Shown here one piece after another: positions 54,573-64,000 of a stretch of DNA of 64,000 nt (positions are counted from its first letter, which is position 1; each line of letters opens with the position of its first letter). The stretch covers positions 37,171 through 101,170 of the forward strand of contig JAFPYR010000098.1 in NCBI GenBank assembly GCA_017412115.1, in the 5' to 3' direction. Position numbers and translations under genes: made by a program. The DNA comes from Bacteroidales bacterium. GTDB taxonomy: Bacteria > Bacteroidota > Bacteroidia > Bacteroidales > UBA3824. Under the pieces are notes generated by a model, which searched no databases, was not told where the DNA came from, and worked only from the letters and a program-made list of their open reading frames with translations.

Positions 54573-56363
54573 TTATATCTCGATTCCCAAGACACAAACA
54601 TCGTCAATTTGTATAAAATTGCCTTTCCAACCATAGTAATTTCGTGCAATACGGTCGCCTTGCTCCTGCATTGATAAGTTTGAGGTCTCCAAAATCAACT
54701 TTTTGAAGCGCGAGATTTTAAACTTTTCCTGCGAACTTTCTCCGAACTGATCGGAATATCCGTCAGAAAACATATAATATCTGTCGCCTTTCTCGATATT
54801 GAAAAAATGATCCTCAAAAGGCAGTTCCCTCGTATGTATACCTACGGGACATTTTATGGCGCTAAAAGTAAAAATTTCGTTATTACGCACCTGCCAAAGC
54901 GGATTGTAAGCCCCGGAATAATTTCCTTGACCCGTTTTCATGTCCCAAACACAAAGCGACATATCCATACCGTCTTTCGGCTCTTCGTTAAGACCCGTCT
55001 GACCCAAATAAGATTTCACCGAAGTACGCATCTGCTCCAAAATCTTTGAGGCTACAACCTCTTGCTGCTGAGCCACTATTTGATTCAAAAGCGCGATACC
55101 CAACATACTCATAAAAGCTCCCGGAACGGAATGTCCCGTACAGTCGCCAACCGTAAAAACGAACTTGTCTCCTACCCTATGCGCCCAATAAAAATCACCG
55201 GAGACAATGTCCTTCGGCGCATAAAAAATAAAGTAATCGTTGATTAAGCCGGAATAATTAGCAAAATCCCTCAAAAGAGCTTTCTGAATCTTGCCGGCGT
55301 ATGTCAAACTGTCAGTTATATCTTTGTTTTTAAGGTTAATAACCTCGTAACTCTTGCTAATTTCGAGATTTTTAGCTTTAATTTCTTCGTTTTGACGGTT
55401 GATTTCCTTGTTTTTGTTTTCGATTTCAGTGTTTTTCTCAAGCAAAGCCTTGTTGAACTTCTTTTTCTTGAAATAAAGCATTAAAAAAAGAATCAAAAAC
55501 ACACCTACACTTACAACGCCGCCTATGAGAATTTTATTTTGCAATTCTACCACAGTTTTTTCCTTGGCAAGAATCATGTTTCTCATAGAGGTCAGCTGAA
55601 TTTCCACTCTTTGAGCTGCGGCAATCGAGTCAAGTTTTTCCTTTTCGGATTTAAGGACTTCTTTCTGATTTTCAACGACTTCAATCGTTGAGTCCTTTTC
55701 GTCGATAAGTTTTGACTGTTGCTCGGAAAAATCCTGCAAAAGTGCAAATTCTTGTTGAAATCTTTTATTTTCGGCCCGCAAATATCGGTTAAGATAATCG
55801 TAAGCCTCTTTGTAGTTTTTTTGCTTTGCCGAAACATCAGACAACGAACGTGTCAGACTTTCGGTAAGATCCTTATTGCCAAGTTTTTGAGCAAGTGACA
55901 AACCCTCATCGTAATATTTTTTGGCCTTACGGCTGTTGCCTAATTTTTCGTAACAAAAACCCAAATAATAACAAGCCGTAGCCCTCGGTTTTGCCTTTTG
56001 ATGTTTTTTCCACAACGAATATTCACTTTCAAAAGCGGAAACGGCTTTTTTATAATTGTTGTTTTTGTAATTATAAACACCGATAATAGAATAAAGAGTT
56101 GCCGTTTGTTCGTCTAATCTTAATTTCTTCGACAATTTAATGGCATTATTTGCGTATGTCTCACATTTAGGATTGTTTAATTTCAAACAATGATTCGAAA
56201 TATCAATCCCGATTTTAACCTTCTCCTTATCAGTGGAGGCTGCTTTTAAAAGATTTTCCAATTTTTCCAATTCGGGATCGCCTTTAGCGTAAACCTCATT
56301 TGAAAAAACCGTTAAAAACATCAACACTAATATTAATATAATGTCCTTGCCGTGCATATCCAA
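54573..56363 (-). CDS. TPR / TM / coiled-coil / PP2C (SpoIIE-RsbU type) protein phosphatase
   Basis: Signal/anchor, then TPR repeats (ATLYSIIGVYNYKNNNYKKAVSAFE, ACYYLGFCYEKLGNSRKAKKYYDE), a TM helix (ILIGGVVSVGVFLILFLMLYF), and the PP2C motifs SGDFYW ... VGDCTGHSVPGAFMSMLG ... MFSDGYSDQ ... DDVCVLGIEI. Confidence 0.85.
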   Translation of the reverse strand: MDMHGKDIILILVLMFLTVFSNEVYAKGDPELEKLENLLKAASTDKEKVKIGIDISNHCLKLNNPKCETYANNAIKLSKKLRLDEQTATLYSIIGVYNYKNNNYKKAVSAFESEYSLWKKHQKAKPRATACYYLGFCYEKLGNSRKAKKYYDEGLSLAQKLGNKDLTESLTRSLSDVSAKQKNYKEAYDYLNRYLRAENKRFQQEFALLQDFSEQQSKLIDEKDSTIEVVENQKEVLKSEKEKLDSIAAAQRVEIQLTSMRNMILAKEKTVVELQNKILIGGVVSVGVFLILFLMLYFKKKKFNKALLEKNTEIENKNKEINRQNEEIKAKNLEISKSYEVINLKNKDITDSLTYAGKIQKALLRDFANYSGLINDYFIFYAPKDIVSGDFYWAHRVGDKFVFTVGDCTGHSVPGAFMSMLGIALLNQIVAQQQEVVASKILEQMRTSVKSYLGQTGLNEEPKDGMDMSLCVWDMKTGQGNYSGAYNPLWQVRNNEIFTFSAIKCPVGIHTRELPFEDHFFNIEKGDRYYMFSDGYSDQFGESSQEKFKISRFKKLILETSNLSMQEQGDRIARNYYGWKGNFIQIDDVCVLGIEI

Positions 56364-56562
56364 AAAATAACCGTTCTGTCTGATTTTTATTCAAAAAAAC
56401 CAGCCCCCAAAAATACAACAAATTTCAGTCCGAAACAAAACAAATGCAAAATATATTGTTAAAAAAATTTTTTTTAAAAGTTTAATAACTTGAAATTCAG
56501 AATTTTGAAAAATAAATATTTTTTTTTCACAAAAAATAACTTTTTGATAAAGAAAAAGTAAT

Positions 56563-56570
56563 TAAATTTG
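56563..56570 (+). promoter_or_regulatory. Bacteroidetes-type -7 box (TAAATTTG)
   Basis: A perfect TAnnTTTG, 20 nt upstream of the ATG at 56591. This argues against the TTG start at 56573. Confidence 0.4.
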
Positions 56571-56590
56571 GATTGGAAAAAAAACTTGAA

Positions 56591-57334
56591 ATGGCAAAAG
56601 TTTTTAACAATAAGTATAGAATAAATTACAACGATTCGGATTATACCGGAAAGCTTTCAATACCGAAATTAGGCAACTATATTTTGGATACAGCGGGTTT
56701 GCACGCGATAGAATTAGGAATTTCGATGCAAACTTTAGCCGAGCAAGGTTTGACTTGGGTAATGTCGGGACTTCATTTTGAATTTTTTGATATGCCGAGA
56801 GTCAATCAAGAGGTTTTGGTTACAACCAAAATTTCCGATTGCAGCAAAATCGCCTGCAAAAGAGATTTTATCGTAACCGGCCCCGAAAACGAAAAAATAG
56901 CTGAAGTATCTTCTGAATGGCTCATTATCAACACATTAACACGAAGACCCGTTTTCTTAAACGAAGTTTTTCCCAGTGTTTTTGATTTGATAGAAAATAA
57001 GGAAAAAGAAATCGAAAAATACAAACATTTGAGATTTTCGATTCAAAACCCTCAAATGAGCGCAACAAGAAAAATAACGTATTCTTTCATTGACATCAAC
57101 ACTCATCTTTACAGCATGAAATATTTGGAGATGACACTTGATATGTTTGATTTGGATTTTTTCAAAAACAACAAAATCAATAAAGCCGACGTTAATTTTA
57201 TAAAAGAAGTGCTTTATAATCAGCAAATTGAAATCAATATGCAAAACCCCGAACCCGGAATTTTTCAAACGGAAATGACGGTTGAGGGAAAATGCGTTTT
57301 TAGAGCGGAATTTGAAACTTCAAGAATCATTTAA
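56591..57334 (+). CDS. Acyl-ACP thioesterase
   Basis: YRINYNDSDYTGKLSIPKLGNYILDTAGLHA ... GLTWVMSGLHFEF and a double hot-dog length (~247 aa). Confidence 0.75.
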   Translation: MAKVFNNKYRINYNDSDYTGKLSIPKLGNYILDTAGLHAIELGISMQTLAEQGLTWVMSGLHFEFFDMPRVNQEVLVTTKISDCSKIACKRDFIVTGPENEKIAEVSSEWLIINTLTRRPVFLNEVFPSVFDLIENKEKEIEKYKHLRFSIQNPQMSATRKITYSFIDINTHLYSMKYLEMTLDMFDLDFFKNNKINKADVNFIKEVLYNQQIEINMQNPEPGIFQTEMTVEGKCVFRAEFETSRII

Positions 57335-57419
57335 GTAAATCTTTACGGTGTGATTTTTGCTGTCAAATAAAGATAATTTTTATTTTAACCACATTTAATT
57401 AATATTATTAAAAAACATC

Positions 57420-58646
57420 ATGGACAAAGTTATAAAAGAATTTACCGACAAAGTAAGTTCTTCGGTTTACAAAGGTATTTTTGTAAAACTTATCCTGTCA
57501 AAAAGAGTACTTGAGAATCAGGAAATGAACAAGATTATCGTCAAGTACGTAAAATTGCAAGAACAACCCTCTTTGCAATTCGTTTACAAATACGACCGGA
57601 ACGACGTAACGAAAAATTTCAGCGTGGAAGAGGCTACAAAACAGCTTCAGTCGATGATTGGCAACAATTTTTTAGATATAATCCTTTACACGACGAAAGA
57701 AGACATTGAACTGAAATTCAATAACAAAAGAATTCCAAAACTTTACAAACAAAAACCGACGTTTGCCCAAGCCGCCGACGGCAGCCACGACAATGTTAAA
57801 AAACGTCTTCTGGAAACCAAAAACAACGTTTATTTAAAATCCCTCGGTATTACCGACCAAAAAGGTGAAATAATTCCGAGCATGAGTGCAAAATACAAAC
57901 AAGTTGAAAAATTTGTTGAAATCATAGATTCTTTAACTGATAATTTCAAGGATTCCAAACCCGTAAAAGCCGTTGATTTGGAATCGGGAAAAGGTTATCT
58001 GACATTTGCCACATACGATTATCTTACCAACACAAGAGAACTTGATGTGGATATGCAAGGTATTGAAACTCAGGAAAATCTCGTTAAATTTTGCAACAAC
58101 ACCGCTCAAAAAGCACTTTTCGGCGGATTAAAATTCATAAAAAGCAATATCAACGATTTCAAAGCTGAAGACCTTGACCTTTTGATTGCACTTCATGCCT
58201 GCGATACAGCTACCGACGATGCGCTTTATCTTGGTATCAAAGCTAATGCAAAGGTAATAGTAGCCGCTCCGTGTTGCCACCGTCAGATACGCTCTCAGAT
58301 GAAAATCACTGAAAACAACGTCCTCGAACCGGCTATGAAATACGGTATACTTTTGGAGCGTCAGGCAGAATTGATAACTGATGCTTTGCGTGCTCTTATC
58401 CTCAACAAATTCGGTTATAAAACCAAAGTTTTTGAATTTATCGAATATGATTATACTTCAAAAAATATAATTATAACAGCAGAAAAAGGCGAAATGCCTT
58501 CAGAGGAAAACAAAGCCAAAATCCAAAAACAAATTGATGCCATAAAAAATAAATTCGGTATCAAATACCATTATTTGGAAAAACTGATTGAAAACCCTGT
58601 TGATCAAAGTTGGAGAATACTTAACGCTCAATGCGACAGGTCATAA
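57420..58646 (+). CDS. Class I SAM-dependent methyltransferase-like protein
   Basis: SAM-binding-like VDLESGKGYLTF ... IALHACDTATDDAL ... VAAPCCH. Specific family not recognised. Confidence 0.55.
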   Translation: MDKVIKEFTDKVSSSVYKGIFVKLILSKRVLENQEMNKIIVKYVKLQEQPSLQFVYKYDRNDVTKNFSVEEATKQLQSMIGNNFLDIILYTTKEDIELKFNNKRIPKLYKQKPTFAQAADGSHDNVKKRLLETKNNVYLKSLGITDQKGEIIPSMSAKYKQVEKFVEIIDSLTDNFKDSKPVKAVDLESGKGYLTFATYDYLTNTRELDVDMQGIETQENLVKFCNNTAQKALFGGLKFIKSNINDFKAEDLDLLIALHACDTATDDALYLGIKANAKVIVAAPCCHRQIRSQMKITENNVLEPAMKYGILLERQAELITDALRALILNKFGYKTKVFEFIEYDYTSKNIIITAEKGEMPSEENKAKIQKQIDAIKNKFGIKYHYLEKLIENPVDQSWRILNAQCDRS

Positions 58647-58708
58647 TTCGTTTTCCTTTAGCATATTAAAAAAAAATATATTATCATCATAAAATTTTAA
58701 TAAAAAAA

Positions 58709-58754
58709 GTAACGGCTCGGATTTTTCTTTTTTTTGAGCCGTTACGTTTTTTTT
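58709..58754 (+). terminator. Rho-independent terminator
   Basis: GTAACGGCTC (58709-58718) pairs with GAGCCGTTAC (58736-58745), followed by a T8 run. Confidence 0.8.
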
Positions 58755-58780
58755 ATTTCTCTTAAAAAAAAAGACTGTTT

Positions 58781-60055
58781 ATGCAACCGCTTGCAGAAAG
58801 ATTAAGACCGAAAAATTTAGACGAATACATCGGACAAAAACACCTTGTCGGAAAAGGTGCAATTATCAGAAACATGATTGAAACGGGCAGGATTCAAAGC
58901 ATAATTCTTTGGGGACCTCCCGGCGTTGGAAAAACCACATTAGCTAAAATTATAGCAAAATCCTCTTCCCGTCAAATGTTTTCCCTTAGTGCGATTTCAA
59001 GCGGTGTAAAAGAAGTGCGTGAGGTTTTGGACAGTGCAAAACGTCAAACTCTTTTCAGTAATCCCTCGCCTATACTTTTTATTGACGAAATTCACCGTTT
59101 CAACAAGTCGCAACAAGACTCACTACTCGGTGCCGTGGAACAAGGAATCATAACGTTAATCGGTGCAACAACAGAAAATCCGTCATTTGAAGTAAACTCT
59201 CCTTTACTTTCAAGATGCGAGGTTTACGTCTTAAAACCTTTGGAAAAAGCCGATTTGGAAGAACTTCTCAACAGAGCTTTAACAGAGGATGTTGTCTTGA
59301 AAGAAAAAAACATTAAAATCGAAGAGACAACAGCACTTTTCCGTCAAAGCGGCGGCGATGCCAGAAAATTTTTGAACGTTTTGGAAACCGTTATCAATGC
59401 CGAAACAAGCGATGAAATTGTTATAAACGATGAAATAGTTTCAAAACGTCTTCAAAAAAACACCTCGATTTACGACAAAAAAGGCGAAATGCATTATGAC
59501 ATAATCTCTGCTTTCATCAAATCCATACGCGGAAGCGATGCCAATGCTGCAATTTATTATTTAGCAAGAATGTTGAACGGCGGCGAAGATTTGAAATTCA
59601 TTGCACGGCGTCTTGTAATTTCGGCCTCTGAAGACATCGGACTCGCAAACCCTAATGCAATGCTTTTGGCAAACGCCTGTTTTCAAGCCGTTAATACGGT
59701 CGGCTACCCCGAATCAAGGATTATGTTAGCCGAATGTGTAATTTACATGGCTAATTCGCCTAAATCTAATTCGGCTTATCAGGCAATTAATTCGGCAATG
59801 GATTTTGCTCAAAAAACGGGCGACTTGGCAATTCCACTGCATTTAAGAAACGCACCGACCAAACTTATGGAACAACTCGGCTATGCAAAAGAATACAAAT
59901 ACGCCCACGATTACGAAGGAAATTTCGTAAAACAGGAATTTTTACCGGAAGAAATTTCGGGAACCACCTTCTACATTCCGCAAGAAAATCCCGCCGAACA
60001 AAAAGCAAAAGATACGATTAAAAGACTCTGGGAAAACAAATATAAAACTGAATAA
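58781..60055 (+). CDS. rarA: Replication-associated recombination protein A (MgsA/RarA AAA ATPase)
   Basis: PLAERLRPKNLDEYIGQKHLVG ... ILWGPPGVGKTTLA ... LFIDEIHRFNKSQQD ... IGATTENPSFEV ... SIRGSD. Confidence 0.92.
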   Translation: MQPLAERLRPKNLDEYIGQKHLVGKGAIIRNMIETGRIQSIILWGPPGVGKTTLAKIIAKSSSRQMFSLSAISSGVKEVREVLDSAKRQTLFSNPSPILFIDEIHRFNKSQQDSLLGAVEQGIITLIGATTENPSFEVNSPLLSRCEVYVLKPLEKADLEELLNRALTEDVVLKEKNIKIEETTALFRQSGGDARKFLNVLETVINAETSDEIVINDEIVSKRLQKNTSIYDKKGEMHYDIISAFIKSIRGSDANAAIYYLARMLNGGEDLKFIARRLVISASEDIGLANPNAMLLANACFQAVNTVGYPESRIMLAECVIYMANSPKSNSAYQAINSAMDFAQKTGDLAIPLHLRNAPTKLMEQLGYAKEYKYAHDYEGNFVKQEFLPEEISGTTFYIPQENPAEQKAKDTIKRLWENKYKTE

Positions 60056-60061
60056 AACTAC

Positions 60062-60097
60062 AAAAATGTAACATTGACCCAAAAATGTTACATTTTT
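60062..60097 (+). terminator. Rho-independent terminator (AT-rich 13-bp perfect stem)
   Basis: AAAAATGTAACAT - 10 nt - ATGTTACATTTTT, directly after the rarA stop. Confidence 0.6.
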
Positions 60098-60263
60098 GTA
60101 TGATTTTGTTACATTTTCTAATATAAAAAATTAACTTTTCATCGCCTATATTAAAAAATTGTTAATAACTTGCGGCATAATTTTACACGATTTAAGACTT
60201 ACTTTTTTACACTTATTATAATTACTAAAAAAAATTGTTTAATCAAAATCATTAAGAGTTATT

Positions 60264-63200
60264 ATGAAAAGCAACAATTTTTCAAAAATTGTGTTCATGC
60301 TACTCTTTTTTTGTGTGCCGATTATAGCCGCGGCGCAAAAAGTATCCGTATCTGGAACGGTTACGGATATGGCAGGTTCACCACTGCCAGGAGTCAGCAT
60401 TATTCAAAAAAGTACTACAAACGGTACTATTTCAGACATCGACGGTAATTTCTCAATTTCCGTCACCGACAAAAGCATTTTAAATTTTACTTTTATCGGT
60501 TATATTACCAACGAAATTCCCGTTTCAGGGAATATGACCGGCTTAAAAGTCGTCATGGAAGAAGACACCAAAGCCTTGGAAGAGGTAGTCGTGGTGGGTT
60601 ACGGCACGATGAAACGTTCCGACTTGACAGGTTCGGTAGTCTCGGTAGACGAAAAAGCAATTGGTAGAAGTGTTCCCACAAGTGTAGACCAAGTGCTTCA
60701 GGGACGTGCCGCTGGTGTGCAGATTTCTGCCAACTCTGGTACGCCGGGTGCTTCTACAAGTATCCGTATCCGCGGTACAAATTCTCTCAACGCCACCAAT
60801 CAGCCAATTTTCGTAATTGATGGCGTTGTAGTAGATCCCGCTGGTGCTGATGCAAGCGACCCGACATCCTCTAACAACCCGCTTGCATCAATCAACCCCT
60901 CCGACATCGTTTCTATGGACGTGCTCAAAGACGCATCAGCAACGGCTATTTACGGTGCAAGAGCCTCCAACGGTGTTATTATGATTACCACCAAACGCGG
61001 CAAATCGGGCGAGGCTACAATCACCTACGACGGCTATGTAGGTTGGCAACAAATGGCCAAAAAGCTCGATATGATGAATTTGCAACAATATGCAGCTCAT
61101 CACAATGCAAGAGCAGAAGCTCATATTGTAGATGCTTCCAATCAGTTTGTTAATGTAGACGCCTTGGGTGAAGGTACAGATTGGCAAGATGCACTTTTCG
61201 ACAACGGAGCGTTTATGCAAAGCCACAACCTTTCTGTTACTGGTGGCAACGAGAAAAACACTTACGCCATGGGTGCAGGCTATATGAATCAAGATGGTAT
61301 TGCCGTAGGGTCGGGATTTCGCCGTCTTACACTCCGTGGCAATATGGATAGTCAAGTGAAAAAATGGGTAAAAAATTCTCTGTCGTTTTCTCTCACCGAT
61401 TCCAAGCAAGATGTAGGCGCCGATAATACCGTAATCCTCAACGCATTGCAATCGCAGCCAAGTGCAGCCCTCACAAGTGCCGACGGCTCTTACGACGGTC
61501 CTGACAACGGCGACGATCAAGCTGTTTGGCTTCCCGTCAATCCTATTGCTATGGCCACAATCAAAGAGAATTTCAACAAAAAACTCAATTTCCGTATCAA
61601 CGAGGCGTTGGATTTTAGTATCTACAAAGGCATCACATTCAAGACCGAACTATCTGCCGACTACAATACCAACAAATTTTATTACTACATGCCCGATTAC
61701 GAGTTTGGAGTATTAACGCGCGACCAACGTGAAGGCACTTGGACCAACACAACTACTTCGTATTGGAGTTGGCGCAATATCTTAAACTACAGCGAAACCT
61801 TTGCCGAAAAGCACCGTTTTAATGCAATGTTGGGTCAAGAAATGAGCCATTCGCATTGGGAGAGTCAGGCAACGCAAGCCAGCGGATTCTTATCCAACTC
61901 GGTACACGACCCATCAGCAGGCGACCGTCAAGCTTCTACGGGCACAGGTACTCAAAACAATACTTCACTCTTCTCGTATTTCGGTAGATTATTCTACTCT
62001 TTCGACGAAAAATATATGCTCACCTTTACACTCCGTCGCGACGGTTCGTCAAGATTCGACGAAGATCATCGCTGGGGCTGGTTCCCATCAGCGGCTTTGG
62101 CGTGGAAAGTTTCTGGCGAGCCTTTTATGACATCTCTTGCCGAAAATATCAAGATGAACAATTTTAAAATTCGTCTTGGTTGGGGTTCTACGGGTAATCA
62201 GAATGTTAGCGATTGGCAATATATATCGCTTCTTGCGTCGAAATCTACACCGTGGGGCTCTGGCGTATTGGCTGCCAACACTGCAAATCCAAAACTTCAG
62301 TGGGAAACCACCAATTCTGTTAACGCAGGTCTTGATTTGAACTTCTTCAACAACAGAATAGAATTTATTTTCGATTATTACTACAAGAAAACCAAAGACC
62401 TTTTGCTCGAAATTGCACTTCCTGCAATGCTCGGTTCGGAGGGCAACGGCGCTGCTTCCAAACCGTGGGCTAATATCGGTTCGATGGAAAACAAGGGCGT
62501 AGAATTTACTCTCAATACCATTAACATCGACAAAAAAGGTTTTCAATGGCGTTCCAACATCGTATTCTCTCACAACAAAAACAAAATTGTAGAGCTCGAT
62601 TCGGAATCAGGAATGGTACCCGGTCAATTCTCCTTCGGCTCAGGTACTTGGACAATCACCAAATCGGTAGTTGGAGCTCCGGTAGGACAATTCTACGGTT
62701 ACAAAGTAATCGGCAGATTCGACAAAGCAGAAGATTTTTATTATCGTGATGCCGAGGGCAATATCAAGCAAGTAGCAATCCCAACAGGTGCAGCAATTGG
62801 CGAAAATGGTGTTTTCATTGGTGATTATATCTTTGAGGATATCAACGAAGATGGTGTTATCGACGATAAAGACCAAACTGTGATTGGCGATCCCAATCCC
62901 GATTTCACATTTGGTATTGGCAACACATTCTCCTACAAAGGGTTTGATTTAACACTTTATTTTAACGGTAGCTACGGCAACGACGTTTTCAATCTCAATA
63001 ATTATTACCTCGACGACGTAAGAGTAAATAGCAATGTGCTTGCAGATGCCGCAGATTACGCAAGGCTCGATGTTATAGACGGAAACAAGCCTACCAACGA
63101 TTATCGTAATGTTGTGGTAGTAAATACCGATAGCCAATATCCTCGTGCTGCAAGTGCCAACACCAACAACAACTCCCGTCAATCAGATCGTTATGTGGAA

Positions 63201-63449
63201 GACGGCTCGTATATCCGTTTGCAAAATATCGCTCTTGGCTACACCCTCAAAAAAGAATGGGTGAAGAAAGTAAAACTCGAAAATGTAAGAGTTTACGCCA
63301 ATCTTCAGAATGTTTATACTTGGACCAAATATTCGGGTTACGACCCCGAAGTGGGCTGTATGTATGGCAATGCACTTCTCAACGGTCTCGATTATGGACG
63401 TTATCCAAGTCCAAGAATCGTAACTTTCGGTGTTAATGTTCAGTTTTAA
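60264..63449 (+). CDS. SusC/RagA-family TonB-dependent outer-membrane transporter
   Basis: Signal peptide. Carboxypeptidase-regulatory-like domain (VSGTVTDMAGSPLPGVSIIQK). TonB box/plug (EEVVVVGYGTMKRSDLTGSV ... LQGRAAGV). SusC-type C-terminus (RYPSPRIVTFGVNVQF). Confidence 0.92.
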   Translation: MKSNNFSKIVFMLLFFCVPIIAAAQKVSVSGTVTDMAGSPLPGVSIIQKSTTNGTISDIDGNFSISVTDKSILNFTFIGYITNEIPVSGNMTGLKVVMEEDTKALEEVVVVGYGTMKRSDLTGSVVSVDEKAIGRSVPTSVDQVLQGRAAGVQISANSGTPGASTSIRIRGTNSLNATNQPIFVIDGVVVDPAGADASDPTSSNNPLASINPSDIVSMDVLKDASATAIYGARASNGVIMITTKRGKSGEATITYDGYVGWQQMAKKLDMMNLQQYAAHHNARAEAHIVDASNQFVNVDALGEGTDWQDALFDNGAFMQSHNLSVTGGNEKNTYAMGAGYMNQDGIAVGSGFRRLTLRGNMDSQVKKWVKNSLSFSLTDSKQDVGADNTVILNALQSQPSAALTSADGSYDGPDNGDDQAVWLPVNPIAMATIKENFNKKLNFRINEALDFSIYKGITFKTELSADYNTNKFYYYMPDYEFGVLTRDQREGTWTNTTTSYWSWRNILNYSETFAEKHRFNAMLGQEMSHSHWESQATQASGFLSNSVHDPSAGDRQASTGTGTQNNTSLFSYFGRLFYSFDEKYMLTFTLRRDGSSRFDEDHRWGWFPSAALAWKVSGEPFMTSLAENIKMNNFKIRLGWGSTGNQNVSDWQYISLLASKSTPWGSGVLAANTANPKLQWETTNSVNAGLDLNFFNNRIEFIFDYYYKKTKDLLLEIALPAMLGSEGNGAASKPWANIGSMENKGVEFTLNTINIDKKGFQWRSNIVFSHNKNKIVELDSESGMVPGQFSFGSGTWTITKSVVGAPVGQFYGYKVIGRFDKAEDFYYRDAEGNIKQVAIPTGAAIGENGVFIGDYIFEDINEDGVIDDKDQTVIGDPNPDFTFGIGNTFSYKGFDLTLYFNGSYGNDVFNLNNYYLDDVRVNSNVLADAADYARLDVIDGNKPTNDYRNVVVVNTDSQYPRAASANTNNNSRQSDRYVEDGSYIRLQNIALGYTLKKEWVKKVKLENVRVYANLQNVYTWTKYSGYDPEVGCMYGNALLNGLDYGRYPSPRIVTFGVNVQF

Positions 63450-63503
63450 TTGAAAATGCATAATTCATAATGCATAATTCATAATTTGTAATTAGAAATT
63501 ATT

Positions 63504-64000
63504 ATGAAAAATAAGATAAAAATTCTAAGTATGATAGCGGCAGGAGCGATTGCTGTATCGGGATGTAGCGAGGATTTTCTTGAACAAGAAAACACTTCCA
63601 ACCTCAATATGGCAACGTTTTTCGATAGCGACGATGCTATTTCTCAAGCCACTTCTACGCTCTACAATTACGTGTGGAACTCGTTTAACGGCAAACTATA
63701 TTATTCCATGGGCGACGGTAGAGCCAACAATATCACAGCTCAATGGAGCAACTATATCAAATATTTCACCAATTTCAACGACGACGGAACTACGGAAGGT
63801 CTTTACGACGGATGGTCGGCACTTTATTCGGTAGTAGCACAGGCCAACAATGTGATGAACAACGTAGAAAAATACGCTACCAATTCGGTGAGCAAAGAGG
63901 CTATAACACAAGGAATTGCCGAGGCTCGTTTTATGCGTGGTGTTGCCTATTGGTATCTTGCATCGCTTTGGGGTGATGTGGTACTCTACGAAAATACCGC
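63504..64000 (+). CDS. SusD/RagB-family lipoprotein (3' end outside window)
   Basis: Not in the ORF track because the frame stays open to the window end. I translated it by hand: MKNKIKILSMIAAGAIAVSGCSEDFLEQENTSN... (lipobox VSGC) ... GWSALYSVVAQANNVMNNVEKY ... AEARFMRGVAYWYLASLWGDVVL, the classic SusD N-terminal region. Confidence 0.85.
   Translation, partial: MKNKIKILSMIAAGAIAVSGCSEDFLEQENTSNLNMATFFDSDDAISQATSTLYNYVWNSFNGKLYYSMGDGRANNITAQWSNYIKYFTNFNDDGTTEGLYDGWSALYSVVAQANNVMNNVEKYATNSVSKEAITQGIAEARFMRGVAYWYLASLWGDVVLYENT

Noticed and set aside
60170-60448. 92-aa ORF upstream of and overlapping the SusC start.
   Set aside because: It is in a different frame from the strongly supported SusC gene, is Lys/Tyr/Arg-rich, and has no motif.
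63455-63495. Tandem 14-bp duplication (AATGCATAATTCAT x2) in the susC-susD intergenic spacer.
   Set aside because: It has only two copies in a 54-bp AT-rich spacer, with no hairpin or known motif. It is most likely a simple duplication without demonstrable function.
1-64000. Scan of all intergenic regions for tRNA, rRNA, riboswitch-like or other structured RNA genes, and for transposase/integrase genes.
   Set aside because: The intergenic regions are short and AT-rich, with no GC-rich cloverleaf-like segments. No ORF shows DDE, tyrosine- or serine-recombinase motifs.

Overview
Low-G+C Bacteroidota chromosomal segment. The phylum call rests on a SusC/SusD pair, a DUF5103 (T9SS plug-like) gene, TAnnTTTG promoter -7 boxes and the general absence of Shine-Dalgarno sites.

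Layout:
(i) 1-10.2 kb: envelope and housekeeping genes. These are a porin, a TPR/PD40/OmpA protein, two tandem thioredoxin-fold lipoproteins, a DJ-1 protein and a DUF5103 protein.
(ii) 10.2-49.0 kb: a roughly 39 kb surface-glycan super-locus in which every gene is on the minus strand. It is assembled from several modules:
- Module A (32.6-49.0 kb): a legionaminic-acid-like nonulosonic acid pathway (4,6-dehydratase, LegC, NeuC, NeuB, NeuA, CBS-nucleotidyltransferase) plus a FemAB-like enzyme, a Wzx and two Wzy-like proteins.
- Module B1 (23.8-29.8 kb): a GT2, an MBOAT with an AlgJ-like partner, and a WcfR/WcfS-like aminotransferase plus initiating transferase.
- Module B2 (10.2-23.4 kb): FdtA/C/B-like genes, two acyltransferase-3 genes, an alpha-1,2-fucosyltransferase, a Wzx, four GT2 genes, Glf and a DUF4422 transferase.
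(iii) 49-64 kb: a Wzz-like gene, a SPOR protein, folP, a SiaA/B/C-like partner-switch operon, an acyl-ACP thioesterase, a methyltransferase, rarA and the start of a SusC/SusD PUL.

Non-biosynthetic insertions sit inside the glycan locus or at its module junctions. They are a Panacea(DUF4065)-antitoxin plus unknown 145-aa partner pair with its own promoter, a CotH-like gene broken by one in-frame TAA, two DUF4143 AAA-ATPase cassettes (one intact, one internally deleted), two decayed RecG-like regulator remnants and a truncated GT2 duplicate. Each ATPase cassette is preceded by its own triple tandem direct repeat and an identical TATATTTGCGC promoter box. One O-acyltransferase is frameshifted at a T9 tract.

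No rRNA, tRNA, CRISPR array, transposase or integrase was seen. All family assignments come from motif recognition by eye and need database confirmation.
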